The notes beneath the pieces were generated by a model, which worked only from the letters and a program-made list of their open reading frames with translations, was not told where the DNA came from and ran no database searches. Positions 59,420-64,000 of a DNA stretch of 64,000 bases are shown here, in pieces. Source of the DNA: an uncultured virus (IMG/VR IMGVR_UViG_3300020577_005857) (lineage: Duplodnaviria; Heunggongvirae; Uroviricota; Caudoviricetes); the IMG/VR virus record IMGVR_UViG_3300020577_005857, one strand, 5' to 3'. Each line of letters begins with the position of its first letter. Within the stretch, counting starts at the first letter, position 1. The position numbers and the translations under genes were made by a program.

Positions 59420-60577
59420 CTACCACAAAGTGTTTTTGTCCGCAGAGCTGGGGCCATTCGACACATATCGAATGCTTTCACCCAGCCTATCAAAGAAAAG
59501 CTCCTCCATTTCTTTGAAATTAGTAGGAATCCAACCCTCTCCGGCGTAGTCTACCCACTTCAGATCTTTTCCTGCCACGTCCCAGTGAGTCAAAGCAAAA
59601 TTGAAATTTCGAACTTTCTTAGTTTTCACAGTAGACGCAGCACGTGCAATAGCTAGGCTATACCGCAAAGCTTGGAAGTCCAGAAAACCTTGGCGGAATG
59701 CTCCTTGAAATTGTCCCCATTGATTGTGCTTCTCAGGAATTCGCTTGTCTGGCCTCCCCGGTGGATATTCGCTTGCAAATGGTCCGTGCCCATGCCGCGT
59801 CATGTAGGTTCGCGTAACCAATACCACTTCAGCATCGTAAACACTGCCGAGGGGAACCATGTCCAAAGCCCGTCTTGGTGTGCAGTCAGTCCAAGTGTTG
59901 TGCGGGGCCGTCCCCCAGGTTTCATCCAGCAAGATACCCTGTGCGCCCTCGAACACTACCTTATCCATTCGTCCCCATGGATCGACACCACGTTGCAACC
60001 TACTCGCGTACTCCTTCATTGTTTCCAGTACTTCATCAACCGAGGGCATATATCGCAGTAAGGTTGCATAGCACTCGCGAATGTCAACCAATATATTGCG
60101 AAGATCAGAAGTCCACAGATCTTTAATCCGTAGAGTAGGACGCCCGCCTAATTCCATCTCACGTGCGGCGCCAATTCCCATCCCGCAGCTTCCATGAGCC
60201 TTACACCCCCGGCCATCCTCCACATGTTTATTCCACATGCGGTGCCAAGGGGTAACTATTACCGCATTCATACTGACCCTTAGAAGATCCCAAGGATTCC
60301 AAGGAATCTTCCCCGATAACGCTTCTGCCTCACGTAAGGCCATCTCAGGGTCTACCAGCACATATGGACCCAGGTAGGTGGGAATGCCACGCAAGGTGGC
60401 ACTCCCCCATTGGGAAAATGTGTGGTGGACTCCATCATGGATAACGTTGTGGGCAGTCTGGGCACCACCATTGAAGCGGACTACCACGTCGGCCTTCATC
60501 TGGCCTGCCAAGTAATCCACCATGGTACCCTTGCCCTCATCGCCGAATCCAGCGCCCACTACAATTTTCGAAATCAT
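59420..60577 (-). CDS. Adenylosuccinate-synthetase-like (PurA fold) ligase, divergent
   Basis: GFGDEGKG, RFNGGAQTAH, HGSCGMGIG, FEGAQGILLD, TRHGHGPF, SNGP. Confidence 0.88.
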   Translation of the reverse strand: MISKIVVGAGFGDEGKGTMVDYLAGQMKADVVVRFNGGAQTAHNVIHDGVHHTFSQWGSATLRGIPTYLGPYVLVDPEMALREAEALSGKIPWNPWDLLRVSMNAVIVTPWHRMWNKHVEDGRGCKAHGSCGMGIGAAREMELGGRPTLRIKDLWTSDLRNILVDIRECYATLLRYMPSVDEVLETMKEYASRLQRGVDPWGRMDKVVFEGAQGILLDETWGTAPHNTWTDCTPRRALDMVPLGSVYDAEVVLVTRTYMTRHGHGPFASEYPPGRPDKRIPEKHNQWGQFQGAFRQGFLDFQALRYSLAIARAASTVKTKKVRNFNFALTHWDVAGKDLKWVDYAGEGWIPTNFKEMEELFFDRLGESIRYVSNGPSSADKNTLW

Positions 60578-61551
60578 AGTCTCTGAGTCTTTCCTCCCTT
60601 CACTATAGCTCCGCCTTCGGTCTTCGCCACTTCGCCGCTTACCTTCACAAGCGCAGTGGTGTCCACTCCATCCGCACTGAGGTCTGCTACACTGGCATGA
60701 CCCTCGCTGATGGCCACAGCTCCAGCGATGGTTTCGCAGATCTTCTCTGGATTATCAAGCTTGATGACATTCTGCTGGCCTAGCAGATTCACCCAATGCC
60801 GTTCTAAACTGGCATCGTCGTAATGCTGACTCAGCTTGGGAATGATGAAGAACACGTGATAGAGTTTCTGCGCATCCTCGACCACATCCGCCAACGGCTG
60901 ATCCCCTTGCAGCGCTATACCAACTAGCTTACTAATCTGTTCGGCGCTCACTACTGGATAAGCGTGTTCGTCGCCGATCACGAACAAGTAGCCCTTCTTG
61001 CCCCGCTTTGCCATGGCATCATGACTTGTGCGGTTTGCCATGAACCACAGCGCCAGTTCATAGCTCTCTTCGTAGCTGCTCCCACCATTCCGTGTAAGCC
61101 ACAGATTCGTGAGATTGTCATCGATTTCAATGCCACTCTCGAACTGCCCCACCTGAAGGGCTCCGGCCCCACCATACACGCGCTGTGCTAGATAATCATC
61201 GACTGCCCCGATCAGAATAGCCGGGTAGGCATCGCCCAGGTACTTCTTGCCGCTCAGCTTGTCGTCCACAAGCGTCCCCATCAGCTTGGAAAGGGCCTTC
61301 TGGATAATCACAGGGACGTGCCCCATGCTTCCTGTGGTGTCACAGAAGACAGCAATCGGAAGCGTTACGGGGTGCTCCGTAGAGTCGCGGCTCTCTCGGA
61401 TGGCTCCTTTGGGATCCAGGCTAGGATGTACCTTGGCTGAAACTCGCCCCCTCCGAATGTCGTCATCATGGGCAAAGGTAGCCTTCCCTGAGGAAGCCCT
61501 GCTCCTTGTCCGGTCTTCATGTTCTCTACTGCTATAGGATGTTGATCCCAT
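60574..61551 (-). CDS. vWA-domain protein
   Basis: MIDAS-like DTTGSM, GGSSYEESYELAL, YLFVIGDE. Confidence 0.8.
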   Translation of the reverse strand: MGSTSYSSREHEDRTRSRASSGKATFAHDDDIRRGRVSAKVHPSLDPKGAIRESRDSTEHPVTLPIAVFCDTTGSMGHVPVIIQKALSKLMGTLVDDKLSGKKYLGDAYPAILIGAVDDYLAQRVYGGAGALQVGQFESGIEIDDNLTNLWLTRNGGSSYEESYELALWFMANRTSHDAMAKRGKKGYLFVIGDEHAYPVVSAEQISKLVGIALQGDQPLADVVEDAQKLYHVFFIIPKLSQHYDDASLERHWVNLLGQQNVIKLDNPEKICETIAGAVAISEGHASVADLSADGVDTTALVKVSGEVAKTEGGAIVKGGKTQRL

Positions 61552-61563
61552 TCTTTTCTCCTT

Positions 61564-62469
61564 TCAATCTAGCCACTCCACAAATCGTGGAGGGCCGTAA
61601 ACTTCTTCGGCAATTCGGGTTATGCTGTCATAAGCATCCCAGGCGTTCTGCCACCTACTCCGTGGCTGCCCCATGGTAGCCTTCTCAAACCAAGGCCGGA
61701 ACTTCTTAGGCACCTCAGCTATGCCCTCAAGGCTCTTGGCAGCCATGTAGATATCGAAATCTGGCCCCACCTTGCCCTTGCGCTTCACCTCTTTGGGATA
61801 GTATTGTTCCTGGCCGGTAACTATTGCCTTGAGTTTTTCTCCGATCTTCACGGAGTAGCACCAATCCACAATCGCCAAGCCATGATGGCGTTTGATAAAC
61901 AGCAAATGTCTCGGCAATATCGCTCCATGCACAAAACCCTTATTATGGGTCTCTGCCAGCGCCGCCATAACTCGGTGGGCCATCCACACTACATGACGAA
62001 AGTCTGTTCCAGCGCCCATATACTCAAGTGGCACCGCCAAATTACGAGGAATGTACTGGATCAAATTTGAGGCCTTGCCATCCACTTTCCTACTGTCAAC
62101 AAGCTTTGGCACAAACGACGTACGCTTCAACGCAGTGAGCCGTTCCGTCTCTATATCCAGGAGATCATTATCCCCAGGGCTCAATGCCCGTTTCAGCATA
62201 AGCGGATAGTCCTTGAACACCTCAGGCCCATCCTTCAAAAGGAAGATCTCCGCGATGTCACCGGCCTCTATCTTGATTCCGCCAATACCTCTATCCACAA
62301 TAGGAGAGTTCAAGACTTGCAGTTTGGTCATAGCCTCACCACTTCGGGGGTCAGATCCATTCAGATCTGGATGAATAGCCCGCGCCAGCTCTCGATAGTC
62401 CCCGGCCTCCCCCATCGTCCACGCCATCATCAACTTCTCATACGCAGACTGGAATCTAGTTTTCATCAC
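61564..62469 (-). CDS. J-domain-like fused to a protein-kinase-fold (pseudo)kinase
   Basis: YRELARAIHPDLN (HPD motif); LMLK, HNKGFVHGAILPRHLL, IVDWCY, YYPKEV, DIYMAA. Confidence 0.75.
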   Translation of the reverse strand: MMKTRFQSAYEKLMMAWTMGEAGDYRELARAIHPDLNGSDPRSGEAMTKLQVLNSPIVDRGIGGIKIEAGDIAEIFLLKDGPEVFKDYPLMLKRALSPGDNDLLDIETERLTALKRTSFVPKLVDSRKVDGKASNLIQYIPRNLAVPLEYMGAGTDFRHVVWMAHRVMAALAETHNKGFVHGAILPRHLLFIKRHHGLAIVDWCYSVKIGEKLKAIVTGQEQYYPKEVKRKGKVGPDFDIYMAAKSLEGIAEVPKKFRPWFEKATMGQPRSRWQNAWDAYDSITRIAEEVYGPPRFVEWLD

Positions 62470-62654
62470 AATTCCCCTCGAAAGGTTTGTATCAGTACGG
62501 GAGCCAGATCATTGAACACTGCCCACAGCTTGAAAACTCTACGCGGTTCCGTCTGGGCGAAATCCCGGCATTGCTGCCGAGTTCCCACAACACATGGAAT
62601 CGGCCCATCCGCGCCCTCATAAATCAGAACATACAAAGGATCGTGTTCCATCAA
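62466..62654 (-). CDS. Hypothetical protein
   Basis: Coupled ORF. Confidence 0.45.
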   Translation of the reverse strand: MMEHDPLYVLIYEGADGPIPCVVGTRQQCRDFAQTEPRRVFKLWAVFNDLAPVLIQTFRGEL

Positions 62655-62866
62655 GCCTCCAAGACGTTAGGCACGTCTTCCAAAATGGTGGTAACACGTT
62701 TACGCACGCGCACTACCCGCTTCAATTCGTAGATCGCCATGAGGTCATCTTCCTCGGCTTCAGCATCAAGGAATACACCGAACTCAGGCTTTTCGTTGCC
62801 AAGGCTTATCTCCTGCACATAGATAGTTTCAGGAAAGCTCTCGATTTCCTTATGCTTCACAGCCAT
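62651..62866 (-). CDS. Hypothetical protein
   Basis: Coupled ORF. Confidence 0.5.
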   Translation of the reverse strand: MAVKHKEIESFPETIYVQEISLGNEKPEFGVFLDAEAEEDDLMAIYELKRVVRVRKRVTTILEDVPNVLEA

Positions 62867-63099
62867 TTCAAATCCAGGCCCCCTCTCCTAATGAATTCAC
62901 TTACGGTGTACACACTCCCTAGCTCTCGCAGGGCTCCCCGATCCATCCAACTCAAGCTCCAGCTCAGGAGCCCAGCGGATTTCTGATGACGCCCTCGCTT
63001 GAAGCTATGAAATTTGTAGCCCTCAGGAATAAGGAAGCCTTTATTTCGAAGCCGCTTCACCAGCAGCTCCACATCACTTTCCAATCTCTTTCTTGGCAT
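62857..63099 (-). CDS. Hypothetical protein
   Basis: GGAGG RBS before MPRKR. Confidence 0.5.
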   Translation of the reverse strand: MPRKRLESDVELLVKRLRNKGFLIPEGYKFHSFKRGRHQKSAGLLSWSLSWMDRGALRELGSVYTVSEFIRRGGLDLKWL

Positions 63100-63295
63100 A
63101 TTCCTCCATCTCTCGCATAACGCATGCAAGGGCGTTTAGCACCTCTGGCAAGGATGCGCCCGTATTGAGTATCCAATCAAACGCACCCTTGATAGATTCC
63201 ATACGATCTGCTGCCCTAGCCGTTGGTAAGTCTTGCTCCCATTCAGTTTCCAGCCGCAGATCTCCGATACGTTGCATTGTATATTGTCGTAGCAT
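63074..63295 (-). CDS. Hypothetical protein
   Basis: ORF within the packed operon. Confidence 0.5.
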   Translation of the reverse strand: MLRQYTMQRIGDLRLETEWEQDLPTARAADRMESIKGAFDWILNTGASLPEVLNALACVMREMEEYAKKEIGK

Positions 63296-63347
63296 AGTAC
63301 CCTTATCTCTCTGCCCCTCTCCATAGAAAGTGGCAGAGGCTAAAGGC

Positions 63348-63746
63348 TTACTTGCTCGGTATAATCTTAAGCTTAGAATTGTCTACGAAGATCTTTGCCT
63401 TCTCTCTTCCCTTCTCCGTCAGGACCCAGACTGTCACATGGGCACGTCCCGCGCGCACTTGATTCTCAATCAAGCCCGCCACCTCCATAGCCCGTAGGCT
63501 ATTAGTCATAGCCGTCCCCTTTACTACCAGCTCTGCCTCAAGATCCGCTTGAGAGACAGGGCCGGTATACAGTGCTCGCAGAATCTCTGCCTGTAACCCT
63601 CGATGGCGCATCCGATAGGCTACCTCTTCTGGTTGCGCCTTGACTTCCGCGCCTGCTTGATGAGATAGCCCGCGCAAAAAGCCGCGAACCTCTTCTACAC
63701 TCTCACACGCCATCAAGTAGGCTAGTGCGGCCTTACTTAATTCCAT
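63348..63746 (-). CDS. MarR-like winged-helix protein
   Basis: QAEILRAL...SQADLEAEL...AMTNSLRAMEVAGLIE...LTEKG. Confidence 0.7.
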   Translation of the reverse strand: MELSKAALAYLMACESVEEVRGFLRGLSHQAGAEVKAQPEEVAYRMRHRGLQAEILRALYTGPVSQADLEAELVVKGTAMTNSLRAMEVAGLIENQVRAGRAHVTVWVLTEKGREKAKIFVDNSKLKIIPSK

Positions 63747-64000
63747 TAAGTTGTCGCTCCTTTCTTTCAATGTCTGCCTTGGCCTTCAGGCTTTTTTCCA
63801 ATTCATGCATAGCTAAAGCCAGATCAGTCACGTTTACTGCAACGCTAATTCCATCAAGCATGAGTTCTGTGCCACCGTTCACGCCATTCTTGAATGAGGC
63901 TACTGCAACTCCGTCTTCCAACACACTTCCCCCACCCACGCCCACCATAAATTTATTCTTTTTGCGCCCCTCTAGCCACTGTAGATGAATTGGGACCGTT

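Noticed and set aside
59420..60577. PurZ / Z-genome
   Set aside because: Retains GDEGKG (Asp) rather than the PurZ Ser, lacks the aspartate loop, and no HD-family dATPase was recognised.

Overview
This window looks like most of a dsDNA tailed phage genome with P22/podovirus-like architecture. The host is plausibly an Acidobacterium; this is an inference from a PEP-CTERM gene and a PadR regulator. Positions 1-7014 (minus strand) carry small early genes, a PEP-CTERM fusion, a PadR-like regulator and an AAA+ replication ATPase. Positions 7106-40245 (plus strand) form the late operon: a Cro-like HTH protein, fibre/spike-like proteins with signal peptides, holin-like genes, terminase, portal, scaffold, capsid, tail/nozzle and ejection proteins. 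Positions 40139-64000 (minus strand) carry replication, recombination and accessory genes: HAD nucleotidase, MazG, ParB, a UDG-PolA fusion, PIF1-like helicase, SSB-like protein, AAA recombinase and PD-(D/E)XK nuclease. The most striking element is a Ro60/TROVE-like gene preceded by its own promoter and a ~670-nt array of structured RNAs. Three of these RNAs share a terminal-stem motif, and two contain tRNA-derived domains, one of them circularly permuted. Nearby are a PvcA/DIT1-like enzyme and a cassette of J-domain pseudokinase, vWA protein and divergent PurA-like ligase. All family calls come from recognising motifs by eye; no searches were run.
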